Shown: positions 42,063 to 53,727 of the stretch, piece by piece
Numbering within the stretch: the first letter of the stretch is position 1
Layout: every line of letters starts with the position of its first letter
DNA from: Acidobacteriota bacterium
Lineage (GTDB): Bacteria; Acidobacteriota; Thermoanaerobaculia; Multivoradales; JBCCEF01
Direction: 5' to 3'
NCBI GenBank assembly: GCA_039028635.1
Contig: JBCCHV010000009.1
Coordinates: 15,446 to 79,445, forward strand
DNA length: 64,000 nucleotides
The notes under the pieces: model-generated
Told to the model about the DNA's origin: nothing
The model's database searches: none
Seen by the model: the letters and a program-made list of their open reading frames with translations, nothing else
Program-made: the position numbers and the translations under genes

Positions 42063-43646
42063 CTAGTCGAAGCCGGTGTCGCGATGCTCGCCGAAGACTT
42101 CGCGCAGCGTGTGGGAGATCTCGCCGAGAGTGACGCCGGCGCGCACCGCCGTCAGGATCGGAGGCATCAGGTTGTGATCTTCGCCGGCCGCCTGCCGCAA
42201 ACCGTGGCGCGCTCGGTCGACGGCGCCGGCGTCGCGCTGCTCTTTGAAGGCGCGCAGGCGCTCGACCTGCTCGACCTCGAGGCGGGGATCGATCTCCAGG
42301 ATGTCGGTGGGCTCCTCTTCCTCGACGCGGTGGGCGTTGACCCCCACGACGCGCGTCTTCTCGTCCTCCAGGGCGCGTTGGTGAGCGTAGGCGGCGTCGG
42401 CGATCTCGCCCTGTTGGAAGCCCTGCTCGATGGCGGCGCGGGCGCCGCCGAGCTCGTCGATCTTGGCGATGTACTGGAGTGCGCGGGCCTCGATCTCGTC
42501 GGTCCAGGCTTCGACCACGTGGGAGCCGCCGAGGGGGTCGGCGACCTCGGCGACGCCGCTCTCGTGGGCGATCACCTGCTGGGTGCGGAGGGCGATCTGG
42601 GCGGCTTGCTGGGTGGGTAGGCCGAGGGCTTCGTCGAGGGCGTTGGTGTGCAGCGACTGGGTGCCGCCGCAGACCGCCGCCAGCGCCTGCAGCGCCACCC
42701 GCACGACGTTGTTCTGGGGCTGCTGGGCGGTCAGCGTCGAGCCCGCCGTCTGGGTGTGGAAGCGCAGCCAGAGGGAGCGCTCGTTGCGCGGCGCGAAGCG
42801 CTCCTTGACCAGCCGGGCCCACAGGCGCCGCGCGGCGCGAAATTTCGCCACCTCTTCGAGGAAGTTGTTGTGGGCATTGAAGAAGAAGGAAACCCGCGGC
42901 GCGAAGGCGTCGATGTCGAGACCGCGCTCGATCGCCGCCTCGAGGTAGCAGAGGCCGTTGGCGAGGGTGAAGGCGACCTCCTGGACGGCGGTCGAGCCGG
43001 CTTCCCGGATGTGGTAGCCGGAAACCGAGATGGTGTTCCAGCGCGGTACCCGGTCGGCACAGAAGGCGATGATGTCGGTGACCAGCCGGAGGGAGGGACC
43101 GGGCGGGTAGATGTAGGTGCCGCGGGCGGCATACTCCTTGAGGATGTCGTTCTGAACCGTGCCGCCGACCTGCTCCCAGGAGACGCCCTGCTCTTCCGCC
43201 ACCGCCAGGTAGAGGGCGAGCAGGATGGCCGCCGTCGAGTTGATCGTCATCGAGGTGGTGACCTGATCCAGCGGGATCTGGTCGAACAGGCGCCGCATGT
43301 CGTCGATCGAGTCGATGGCGACGCCCACTCGGCCGACCTCGCCGCGGGCGATGGCCTCGTCCGAGTCGTAGCCGATCTGGGTGGGCAGGTCGAAGGCCAC
43401 CGACAGGCCCGTGGTGCCCTGGGCCAGCAGGTAGCGGTAGCGGGCGTTCGACTCGTCGGCACTGGCGTAGCCGGCATACTGCCGCATGGTCCAGAGACGC
43501 TTGCGGTACATCTCCGGATAGAGGCCGCGGGTGAAGGGAAAGCGTCCCGGTGCCTCACCTCCTTCGGTCGCCGAGCCGTAGCTCGGCTCGACCGTGATGT
43601 CGGATGTCGTACGGCGCTCTTCGGCGCTCTTCGATGGGCTCCCCAT
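42063..43646 (-). CDS. Methylmalonyl-CoA mutase family, catalytic (large, TIM-barrel) subunit without a B12-binding domain
   Basis: [42 protein letters not shown] and SGYHIREAG are diagnostic acyl-CoA mutase motifs. The protein ends before any DxHxxG B12-binding domain. Start is ATG 43646 or GTG 43664. Confidence 0.9.
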   Translation of the reverse strand: MGSPSKSAEERRTTSDITVEPSYGSATEGGEAPGRFPFTRGLYPEMYRKRLWTMRQYAGYASADESNARYRYLLAQGTTGLSVAFDLPTQIGYDSDEAIARGEVGRVGVAIDSIDDMRRLFDQIPLDQVTTSMTINSTAAILLALYLAVAEEQGVSWEQVGGTVQNDILKEYAARGTYIYPPGPSLRLVTDIIAFCADRVPRWNTISVSGYHIREAGSTAVQEVAFTLANGLCYLEAAIERGLDIDAFAPRVSFFFNAHNNFLEEVAKFRAARRLWARLVKERFAPRNERSLWLRFHTQTAGSTLTAQQPQNNVVRVALQALAAVCGGTQSLHTNALDEALGLPTQQAAQIALRTQQVIAHESGVAEVADPLGGSHVVEAWTDEIEARALQYIAKIDELGGARAAIEQGFQQGEIADAAYAHQRALEDEKTRVVGVNAHRVEEEEPTDILEIDPRLEVEQVERLRAFKEQRDAGAVDRARHGLRQAAGEDHNLMPPILTAVRAGVTLGEISHTLREVFGEHRDTGFD

Positions 43647-43751
43647 GGAGCGGATTATATGCACCCCTCGAAAGCGGCCGGAAGTGCCCTCGAATCGCCG
43701 CTAGGCAAGCCCCTCCAAGGGTTTGCAGCGCGCTCGACAACGCCGCGCCGT

Positions 43752-43799
43752 GACACAAGATGTCTGCTTTCTCGCTCTTGACACCACAAGATGTAGTGC
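43752..43799 (+). promoter_or_regulatory. Two NrdR-box-like imperfect palindromes sharing CACAAGATGT, 31 bp apart
   Basis: gACAcaagaTGTc at 43752-43764 and CACcACAagaTGTaGTG at 43782-43798. The 10-mer starts at 43754 and 43785. Confidence 0.5.
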
Positions 43800-43806
43800 T
43801 TATCCT
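43778..43806 (+). promoter_or_regulatory. Sigma70-like promoter for nrdJ
   Basis: TTGACA (43778-43783), a 17-nt spacer, then TATCCT (43801-43806). The spacer contains the second NrdR-like box. Confidence 0.5.
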
Positions 43807-44000
43807 ACACCTCGACTTTCGAGTCGAACTTGCGTCTCCGGGAAGTGGGACCCCGGATTGGGCAGAACGAGCGGCGAGGCTAGGCCCCGCGCGGCTCTGC
43901 CTTGTCTCGTTGTTTTCTGTAGTTCTTGCAGTCCATTCCGTGACCTCGAGAAGTGTCGGCGTAGAGCGAAACGTTCAGTTGAGAATTCTAAGGAGAGAAG

Positions 44001-46814
<2,814 letters not shown>

Positions 46815-46861
46815 CAGGCTGCTGACGAAGCCGCCCTGCGGCTTCGTCAGCGCTCGGTCGT

Positions 46862-47200
46862 TTCAGGGGGGCTAAAGGCGCCCCCCTCGCCCGCACGCAC
46901 ATGTCGTGCGGGCTCACCCCCAACCTCGGCGCCTACGGCGCCGCCTCGCCCAGTGGGCTCGGGAGCCGTCTGCTGTTTGGCAGACGGCTTGCTGTTATCA
47001 ACCGATTTCGTGGATGTATAGGCGCCGCCTCGCCCGCCCGCACATGTCGTGCGGGCTCACCCTCCAACCTCGGCGCCTCCGGCGCCGCCTCGCTCGGTGG
47101 GCTCGGAAGCCGTCTGCTGATTGGCAGACGGCTCGCTATCTTCCATCGATAGTTCAGGGCGCCCCCCTTTGGCCGGACGCGCATGTCGCGCGTCCTCTCC
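46862..47200. repeat. About 2.3 tandem copies of a 143-bp unit made of three hairpins (REP/BIME-like cluster)
   Basis: The acatgt loop centres lie at 46899 and 47042 (143 bp apart), with catgt again at 47182. Each unit carries the hairpins gcccgcac..gtgcgggc, cggcgcc-tac-ggcgccg and gccgtctgc-tgtttg-gcagacggc. Confidence 0.85.
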
Positions 47201-47336
47201 CCAAATGCAGGGCCGCTCATTCGAGGGCGTCACCGACCTCGTCGGCGTTGCCGTCGCCGGAGCCGGGGTCGCCGCTCCCGCTTTCGCTCGGCGGGCGGTT
47301 CCTTCCCTCGGGCGCTCGGGTTATGCTGCCAAGGCT

Positions 47337-47867
47337 ATGCGCCTTTCCCACGCACTCCTCGTCGCCCTCGCCCTCGTCCTCGCCGCCTGTGCCGCTCCCG
47401 AGCCGGAGCCGCCGTTCCTCGAGGGCGCCATCGAGCTCGGCAGCCCGCTGCCGCCCTTCGAGCTGGACAGCCTCGACGACGGAAAGTTCGCCCTCGCCGA
47501 GGCGCAGGGCAAGGTCACTTTGCTCGAGTTCTGGGCCACCTGGTGCGTGCCCTGCCACAAGCAGGCCGAGATCCTGGCGCCGCTGTACCGGGAGATCGAT
47601 CCCGATCAGGTGCAGTTCCTCGCCATCGCCATCGGCGAGGACGAGTCGACGGTGCGGGAGTTCGTCAGCCGCAAGCCCTTCGATTACCCGGTGTTGCTCG
47701 ATCCCGTCGAAGAGCTCGCCTTCGAGCTCGGCGTGGTGGCGCTGCCGACGTTGTTGATCGCCGACGCCGAGGGCCGGGTGACCTACTTTCGCCCGGGCGT
47801 GATGGAGGCGGACGAGATCCGCGACCTGCTCGACGAGGCCGTCAGCGGCGAGATCCCGGCGGGCTGA
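47337..47867 (+). CDS. TlpA/ResA-like thiol:disulfide oxidoreductase lipoprotein
   Basis: Inside ORF 47121..47867, with start at MRLSHALLVALALVLAAC (lipobox). Has the WATWCVPC thioredoxin motif. Confidence 0.85.
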   Translation: MRLSHALLVALALVLAACAAPEPEPPFLEGAIELGSPLPPFELDSLDDGKFALAEAQGKVTLLEFWATWCVPCHKQAEILAPLYREIDPDQVQFLAIAIGEDESTVREFVSRKPFDYPVLLDPVEELAFELGVVALPTLLIADAEGRVTYFRPGVMEADEIRDLLDEAVSGEIPAG

Positions 47868-48095
47868 CCCCGCCTACCTTCAGCCGATACCAGTCGCTCA
47901 GCAGCGGCTCGGGCGTCTCCGCTTCGATCTGCGCCAGGGCTTGACGCAGCGAATCGCGGGATCTGGGCCCAATCTTTCAGCGCCAGAGGAATCCTCTTTG
48001 TTCCGAGGATTGGCTGTCGGGGCATAGATCTTCCTCTGTTTACCGCGCACCGTCACAGCGATCCCGAGGAGAGCTCCGAGGGCCCTTGAAGGCAT

Positions 48096-48122
48096 GAAAA
48101 ACGGGCGCCCGGAGGCGCCCGT
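48096..48122 (-). terminator. Rho-independent terminator of the OmpA-family gene
   Basis: On the minus strand, acgggcgcc-tccg-ggcgcccgt is followed by ttttt, 27 nt after the stop. Confidence 0.8.
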
Positions 48123-48148
48123 TCTGAGATCCGTCGCTGGGACGGAGG

Positions 48149-48778
48149 CTACTGCAGAACCACCAGGGTGACGCGGCGGTTCTGGGCGCGACCGTCGCGG
48201 TCGCCGTTGTCGGCCACCGGCTCCGCCTCGCCGTAGGAAATGACGTTCATCCGGTGGAGGGCGATGCCGTGGGCCTTGCTGAGGTGCTGGCGCACGGCGT
48301 TGGCGCGCTCGAGGCCGAGCTTCTCGTTGTAGGCCTCGTTACCGGTCGAGTCGGTATGACCCTGGATCTCGATGAAGACATTCTTGTTCTGGCTCTTGAG
48401 CTGGGCGGCAAACTCGTCGATGGCCGCTTTGGCTTCGTCGGAGAGCTTCGAGCTCTCGAAGCCGAAGCGCACCTTGTCGTCCGCCAGCACGGTCTCGAAA
48501 AGGAACTTGCCCTCGGCCAGCTTGCCAGCGTCATTGGCCCGGGTGAGGGCCTCCTGGGCGGTCTTCGACACGCCCGTCAGCTCGCCCTGCATGGCTTCCT
48601 GCCCGCTCTCGAGCTCACCGATCTCGGTCTGGTTGGCTTCGACCTGTCCTTCGACGCCGTCGATGCGCGTCGCCAGCGGGTCGGTGCCCTCGGAAACCTG
48701 GTCGCGAACGTACTTTTTGGTGGCACAGCCGGTGGCCGCAACGGCCAGGAGCAGCGTAATCGTCATCAGCTTTCGCAT
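48149..48778 (-). CDS. OmpA-family peptidoglycan-associated lipoprotein with an N-terminal coiled-coil
   Basis: Inside ORF 48149..48823. Start at MRKLMTITLLLAVAATGC (lipobox), preceded by aaggagga. The OmpA_C motif is IEIQGHTDSTGNEAYNEKLGLERANAV...NRRV. Confidence 0.9.
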   Translation of the reverse strand: MRKLMTITLLLAVAATGCATKKYVRDQVSEGTDPLATRIDGVEGQVEANQTEIGELESGQEAMQGELTGVSKTAQEALTRANDAGKLAEGKFLFETVLADDKVRFGFESSKLSDEAKAAIDEFAAQLKSQNKNVFIEIQGHTDSTGNEAYNEKLGLERANAVRQHLSKAHGIALHRMNVISYGEAEPVADNGDRDGRAQNRRVTLVVLQ

Positions 48779-48871
48779 AATCAAATCCTCCTTGCTCTGG
48801 GGAGACGGCCGGAGGGCCGCCACTAGAGAAAGTCCAACAATTCTATCAGTCTGTCCAACGCGGAGTGTACG

Positions 48872-49780
48872 TCAAGGTGCCGGAGGTCCTCCCCGGTAGC
48901 CCTGGCGGTGGGTCACCCGGTAGCTTCGCTTCTTGGCCTCGACGCGGATCGGCCGGTAGGCCCGCGGCCCACTGCTGGTGGCATGGAAGCCGAGCACGAA
49001 CTGGCTGCGCAGCTCGCCGATGACGGTCACCGAGGCGCGCGAGATGTCGCTCGGCGAGGTGGCCGAGAAGAAGCGCCCACCGGTGGCCCGGGCGAGCCGC
49101 TGGAGAAGCGGAGCGAAGGTCCCCTCGGCGGTCGGCGAGCCCTCGCCGAGCCCGAGAATGTAGACCGGCAGGCGGGCCTTCTGAACCATGTTGCGGGCCA
49201 GCGCCGGCGTCAGGGTGCTGGCGTTGTCGACGCCGTCTGTGACCAGGACCACGGCGCGTTTGGGGTGGCGGCCGTCATCGCTGATCTCCGGGATCCAGGC
49301 GACCGCATCGTGCAGCGCCGTGGTGCCGTAGGGCTTCCACAGGGCCATCGCCTCGCGGAAGACGGAGAGGTCGTGGGTGAACGGAATGTCGATCCCCAAA
49401 CGGCCGCTGGCGAAGCTGGCGAGGGCTAGCTCGTCGCCTTCCTGGGCGCGGGCGAGGAAGTAGGTGAGGGTGCGCTGACTGGCCTCGAGCTTGCCGCCGT
49501 TGCCCATGCTGCCCGACAGGTCCTGCAGGAAGACCAGGCTCATCGGAGCGTCGGCACCGGCGTCGAAGGTCTCGATCTCGACCGGTTTGCCGTCGACGGT
49601 GAGGCGGAAATCGTCGGCTTCGAGGCCGCTGACGAACCCTCCCCGGCTGTCCCGCACCACCACCGGCACCAGCACCAGATTGACCGAGATCTCGGACGAG
49701 AACTCACCCTCCTGGGCTGCCAGGGAAGTGGCGGCGAGGAGGGTCGTCAGGGTGAGGATCGCGGCGCGTCGCAGCATCAT
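48872..49780 (-). CDS. Secreted von Willebrand factor A domain protein
   Basis: Inside ORF 48872..49861, with start at MMLRRAAILTLTTLLAATSLAAQ. Has an FLQDLSGSM MIDAS motif, VLVTDGVDNAS, and an N-terminal LVLVPVVVRD beta segment as seen in acidobacterial-type VWA proteins. Confidence 0.8.
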   Translation of the reverse strand: MMLRRAAILTLTTLLAATSLAAQEGEFSSEISVNLVLVPVVVRDSRGGFVSGLEADDFRLTVDGKPVEIETFDAGADAPMSLVFLQDLSGSMGNGGKLEASQRTLTYFLARAQEGDELALASFASGRLGIDIPFTHDLSVFREAMALWKPYGTTALHDAVAWIPEISDDGRHPKRAVVLVTDGVDNASTLTPALARNMVQKARLPVYILGLGEGSPTAEGTFAPLLQRLARATGGRFFSATSPSDISRASVTVIGELRSQFVLGFHATSSGPRAYRPIRVEAKKRSYRVTHRQGYRGGPPAP

Positions 49781-49850
49781 GACAGGGGAAGCTATCGCAT
49801 GCCTGGCCGAGGACGAAATCCCTTGGTAGGCTGCGTCGAGGAGAGGATTC

Positions 49851-50306
49851 TTGTTCGACATCGCTCAGCTCAACCTGCAATGTCTCGACTGTGGCCGGCC
49901 GGCGCAGATCACCGACGACCGCGACCGGCGTGACGACTGGAACGTCTACGGTTTCGACTGTGGCTGCGCTGGCGGGCTTCAGATCGAAGTGCCGGAGGCC
50001 CTCGATGCGCTGGCCCGCGGCTTGCCCGGCGATCGCATCCACCTGCGCAATCTGTCGCTGGTTTGTATGGTCTGCGAGACCTACCCGACCCTCGCCGCCT
50101 TCCGGCGCGAAGACGAAGCCAACGTCTACACCTACGAGTGCGAGGGAGCCTCCTGCCAGCGGCGCCGAGAGCTGACCGTTCCGGAGCCTCTCGATCAGTT
50201 CGCCCGCCGGGACCCGGCCTGGCGCGGCGGTGCTCGCCATGCCGGCGCCAAGGAGCCCGAAGAGCCCTCGGGCGATGCGCTGGTCGTCCTGGGCGGCAAG
50301 TCGTAG
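49851..50306 (+). CDS. Cys-rich hypothetical protein with an internal duplication of a putative zinc-ribbon module
   Basis: TTG start and GC3-rich codons. The halves LNLQCLDCG...NVYGFDCGC...IEVPEALDALAR and LSLVCMVCE...NVYTYECEGASC...LTVPEPLDQFAR align. Confidence 0.5.
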   Translation: MFDIAQLNLQCLDCGRPAQITDDRDRRDDWNVYGFDCGCAGGLQIEVPEALDALARGLPGDRIHLRNLSLVCMVCETYPTLAAFRREDEANVYTYECEGASCQRRRELTVPEPLDQFARRDPAWRGGARHAGAKEPEEPSGDALVVLGGKS

Positions 50307-50449
50307 CGCGAGACGGTCGAAGGAGGGCGCGGCGGCAGCGGCGGCGACGACCGCTCGGCCCCCCGGCTTTCGCGGCATTCCCTGTGCTAGCCTTGCCCAG
50401 GCTCTTGTTCCAGGGCCTTCGGAACCAATCCAAATAAGGGGAAGATGGG

Positions 50450-51514
50450 ATGAAAAAGGTTGTCCATATCGTCGGGACGGGCACGATCGGAGAACCGCTG
50501 ATCGGCCTCTTTACCGATTTCGCGCACTACTTCGAGATCGACGAGGTCACCTTCCACAAGCGGACGCCGCTGGAGTCCGATCGCGCCAAGATCGGGCACC
50601 TGATGGCCCGCGGCGCCAAGCTCGCCGTCGATCCGGAGGTCAAGAAGGATTTCGAAGCTCTCGGCCACGAGGTCAGCTTCGATGCCGACCAGGCCCTCGA
50701 GCGCGCCACCGTGGTGATCGACTGCACTCCGGCCGGCAATAAGAACAAGGAGGCCTTCTACAAGGACCTCCAGGGGCCCAAGGGCTTCCTTGCCCAGGGC
50801 AGCGAGTTCGGCTTCGGAAAGCCCTATGCGCGCGGCGTCAACGACGATGTGTTGGTGCCCGGCGAGGACCGCTTCGTGATGGTGGTGTCCTGCAACACCC
50901 ACAACATCACCACCCTGATCAAGACCCTGGCGATGGACGCCGACGGCACCAACCACCTGGAGCGCGGCACCTTCGTCTGCATGCGGCGGGCCAATGACAT
51001 CACCCAGGTGTCGAGCTTCGTGCCGGCGCCGACGGTGGGCAAGCACAGCGACCCGGACTTCGGCACCCACCACGCCAAGGACGCCAATCACCTATTCAGG
51101 ACTCAAGGGTTCGACCTCAATCTGTTCTCGAGCGCGGTCAAGCTCAACACCCAGTACATGCACTCGATCTGGTTCGATCTCCAGCTCGACAAGGCGACCT
51201 CGAAGGAAGAGGTCATGGAGCGCCTGCGCTCCAATCACCGGGTGGCGATCACCGACAAGATGCACGCCAATCTGATCTTCAGCTTCGGCCGCGACCACGG
51301 CTACTACGGCCGCATCCTCTCCCAGACGGTGGTGGTGGAGCCGACCCTGGCGGTGCGCCGCGACCAGGAGATCGTCGGCTTCTGCTTCACGCCCCAGGAC
51401 GGCAACTCGCTGCTGTCGTCGATCGCCGCGGCACTGTGGATGATCGACCCCGATCGCGAGTCGCTGCAGAAGCGCCTCGATCCGATTCGTCGCTGGCTCT
51501 ATCGCGAGATCTGA
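50450..51514 (+). CDS. Archaeal-type (type II) glyceraldehyde-3-phosphate dehydrogenase-like oxidoreductase
   Basis: IVGTGTIGEP dinucleotide motif, VVSCNTHN catalytic-Cys motif (compare archaeal VSCNTT), and colinear similarity to type II GAPDH (CMRRANDITQVS, GTHHAKD, QYMHS). Confidence 0.7.
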   Translation: MKKVVHIVGTGTIGEPLIGLFTDFAHYFEIDEVTFHKRTPLESDRAKIGHLMARGAKLAVDPEVKKDFEALGHEVSFDADQALERATVVIDCTPAGNKNKEAFYKDLQGPKGFLAQGSEFGFGKPYARGVNDDVLVPGEDRFVMVVSCNTHNITTLIKTLAMDADGTNHLERGTFVCMRRANDITQVSSFVPAPTVGKHSDPDFGTHHAKDANHLFRTQGFDLNLFSSAVKLNTQYMHSIWFDLQLDKATSKEEVMERLRSNHRVAITDKMHANLIFSFGRDHGYYGRILSQTVVVEPTLAVRRDQEIVGFCFTPQDGNSLLSSIAAALWMIDPDRESLQKRLDPIRRWLYREI

Positions 51515-51620
51515 TCCCTGCAGGGTGGCGCCGGTTTCCCTTGGGGATCGGCACCGCCCAGCGTGGCGAGCCGGTCCGGCGAGCCGCTGCGGCCCAACCT
51601 CTACCCTGGACCGCGACTTC

Positions 51621-52460
51621 ATGCCGAGAGACATCCCGCATCGTCTCGAGCTCGAGGGACTGTGCGTCGAAGGCTGGTCGCGCGCCGGGGAAGCGACCTG
51701 GCTGCGGGTTCAGCCTCCCGGCGTGGCCTTCGATGTCGGCCGGGGAGCCGTCGAGCTTTCCGGGGTGCGCGACGTCTTTCTCAGCCATGTGCACCTCGAT
51801 CACGTGCTCGGCCTGCCTTTCCTGTTGTCGCGTCACGCCCGAGACGGCGCTGAGACGACGCGGGTCTACTGTCCGGCGGCGGCGGTCGAGGACCTACGGC
51901 GCTTCGTGGCGGCGGCGGAACGGCTCGATGGTCACGCCTTCCGCTACGAGTTGCGGGGACTCGAGGCGGGTGATGGGGTTACCCTGACCCGGCGGTACCG
52001 GGTCGAGGCCTTTGCCACCGACCACGTCTTGCCGAGCCTCGGGTACCACCTGGTGGAGAAGCGCCACCGCCTGGCCGAAGAGCTGCGCGGTCGCGCCCCG
52101 GCGGAGCTGGCGGAGCTGCGCCGTCAGGGGATCGAGATCGAGGAGGCGTTCGAGCTCGATCGTTTCTCCTATTGCGGCGATACCAGCGTGGCGGTGTTCG
52201 AGTCCGAGCCGCGTTTGCTGAGGACTCGAGCCCTCGCCATCGAGTGCACCTATTTGGGGAGCGACCGGCGGGCCGAAGCGGCGCGCTACAAGCACCTCGC
52301 CTTCGAGGATCTCGAGGCGTGGGCCGATCGGCTCGAGAACGAGGATCTGATCCTCCATCACCTCAGTCGCCGGCATCGTCTGGCCGATCTCGCCCACCGG
52401 GTGCGGCAGAGCTTCGGCGAACGGCCGATTCGGGTTCATTGGATTCCGGATCAAGAATGA
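51621..52460 (+). CDS. MBL-fold metallo-hydrolase (RNase Z/beta-lactamase-like)
   Basis: Inside ORF 51525..52460, with start at MPRDIPHRLE. Has SHVHLDH (H-x-H-x-D-H) and a later ATDH motif. Confidence 0.8.
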   Translation: MPRDIPHRLELEGLCVEGWSRAGEATWLRVQPPGVAFDVGRGAVELSGVRDVFLSHVHLDHVLGLPFLLSRHARDGAETTRVYCPAAAVEDLRRFVAAAERLDGHAFRYELRGLEAGDGVTLTRRYRVEAFATDHVLPSLGYHLVEKRHRLAEELRGRAPAELAELRRQGIEIEEAFELDRFSYCGDTSVAVFESEPRLLRTRALAIECTYLGSDRRAEAARYKHLAFEDLEAWADRLENEDLILHHLSRRHRLADLAHRVRQSFGERPIRVHWIPDQE

Positions 52461-52476
52461 ACGGAAGGGAGCAGCG

Positions 52477-53727
52477 GTGAAGGATCGCAAGAACCTGACG
52501 GCGCGCTTAGCCGAGCTCGACGAGGTCGAGGTGACGGTGGAAAAGCTGATCGCCGGCGGCGAGGGCCTGGCGCGCTTCGAGGGCATCCCGCTGTTCATCC
52601 CGCGGGCGGCGCCGGGCGATCGCCTGCGCGCTCGCCTGGTGCAGCGGCGCTCCGGTTTCGGGCGCGCCGAGATCGTCGAAGTGATCGAGCCCGGTCCGGA
52701 TCGGCGCCACCCGCCCTGCTCCCATTTCGCCGAGTGTGGCGGCTGCGATTTGCAGCATCTCGAGGATCGCGCCCAGGTGCGTCACAAGTCCCTGGCGGTG
52801 GCCGAAACCCTGCGCCACCTCTCCGGTCTCGATTTGCCGGTGCCGGAGATCCTCGCCGGCGATGCCTGGGGCTATCGTTCGCGCACCCAGCTCCACACCC
52901 GCATCACCGGGGACGAGCGGCCCGAGGTCGGCTATTACGCCCGCGGTAGCCAGGTCTTGGTGCCGGTCGAGCAGTGTCCGGTGTTGGCGCCGCCGCTCGA
53001 GGGTTGGTTGGCGAAGCTGCCGGCCCACCTCGAGGTCGGAGCACCGAAGCGCGTCGACCTCGTCTGTGGCGATGGCGGCCGGGTGTCGACGGCGCCGCCG
53101 GTCGAGGGGCTACCGCAGGGGGCTCTGCGGGTGACCGTCCGCGCTCTCGGCCGGCGGTTCGGGTACGAGTTCGATGCGCGCTGCTTCTTCCAGGGGCATC
53201 GTGGCCTGGTCGGAGCGCTGATCGATCGCGTGGTCGGTCCGTGGCGAGGGCAAGAAGCCTTCGATCTCTACGCCGGCGTCGGCCTGTTCGCGGTTCCCCT
53301 CGGCCAGCGCTATCGTCGCGTCACCGCCGTCGAGGGCGATCGGGTCGCGGTGCGCTATGCGCGTCGCAACCTGCGCGCCAACGGTGTCGCCGACGCCCGG
53401 GTCCATGCCCAGGCCCTCGAGACCTGGATCGGCCATCTGGCGGACCGGCCGGACCGCGTCGTCGTCGACCCCCCTCGCCAAGGTCTGGCGGCGCGGGTGC
53501 GTCAAGTGCTGCTCCACTCTCGACCGCGGCGGCTGACCTACGTCTCCTGCCATCCGGCGACCTTCGCCCGCGACCTCAAGGCGCTGGCGGTGGCCTATCG
53601 CATCGAATCTCTGGTCTTGGTCGACCTCTTTCCCCAGACCGGCCACATGGAGGTGGTGGCGCAGCTCGTGCTGGCCGACGACGCCCTGGACCCGGTCAAT
53701 TCACCTGCGTCGGGGAAGCCCAACTGA
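52477..53727 (+). CDS. 23S rRNA (uracil-5)-methyltransferase, RumA/RlmD family (TRAM + Fe-S + SAM MTase)
   Basis: GTG start. TRAM-like VEKLIAGGEGLAR, Fe-S cysteines CSHFAECGGCDLQH...QCP, DLYAGVGLFA SAM motif, and VDPPRQG...YVSCHP catalytic region. Confidence 0.85.
   Translation: MKDRKNLTARLAELDEVEVTVEKLIAGGEGLARFEGIPLFIPRAAPGDRLRARLVQRRSGFGRAEIVEVIEPGPDRRHPPCSHFAECGGCDLQHLEDRAQVRHKSLAVAETLRHLSGLDLPVPEILAGDAWGYRSRTQLHTRITGDERPEVGYYARGSQVLVPVEQCPVLAPPLEGWLAKLPAHLEVGAPKRVDLVCGDGGRVSTAPPVEGLPQGALRVTVRALGRRFGYEFDARCFFQGHRGLVGALIDRVVGPWRGQEAFDLYAGVGLFAVPLGQRYRRVTAVEGDRVAVRYARRNLRANGVADARVHAQALETWIGHLADRPDRVVVDPPRQGLAARVRQVLLHSRPRRLTYVSCHPATFARDLKALAVAYRIESLVLVDLFPQTGHMEVVAQLVLADDALDPVNSPASGKPN

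Noticed and set aside
43647-44000. Cobalamin riboswitch between the B12-dependent mutase and nrdJ
   Set aside because: I could not find a B12-box-like core or the expected conserved junction sequences on either strand. A covariance-model scan would be needed to exclude it formally.
46862-47200. Possible CRISPR array
   Set aside because: The repeat period is 143 bp with no unique spacers between copies. The unit is a string of hairpins, and no cas genes are in the window.
46901-47757. ORFs 46901..47152 and 46906..47757 reading through the region downstream of nrdJ
   Set aside because: They translate the 143-bp palindromic tandem repeat, and the peptide itself is repetitive. The only credible coding part is the TlpA-like gene starting at 47337.
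47868-48100. Possible RelE/ParE-type toxin remnant on the minus strand (fragments such as LALKDWAQIP, RDSLRQALAQIEAETPEPLLSDWYRLKVGG and VTVRGKQRKIY)
   Set aside because: The fragments are in different frames and in the wrong order for an intact toxin. They are short and run into the 3' end of the TlpA-like gene. At best this is a degraded pseudogene, and I cannot verify homology without a search.
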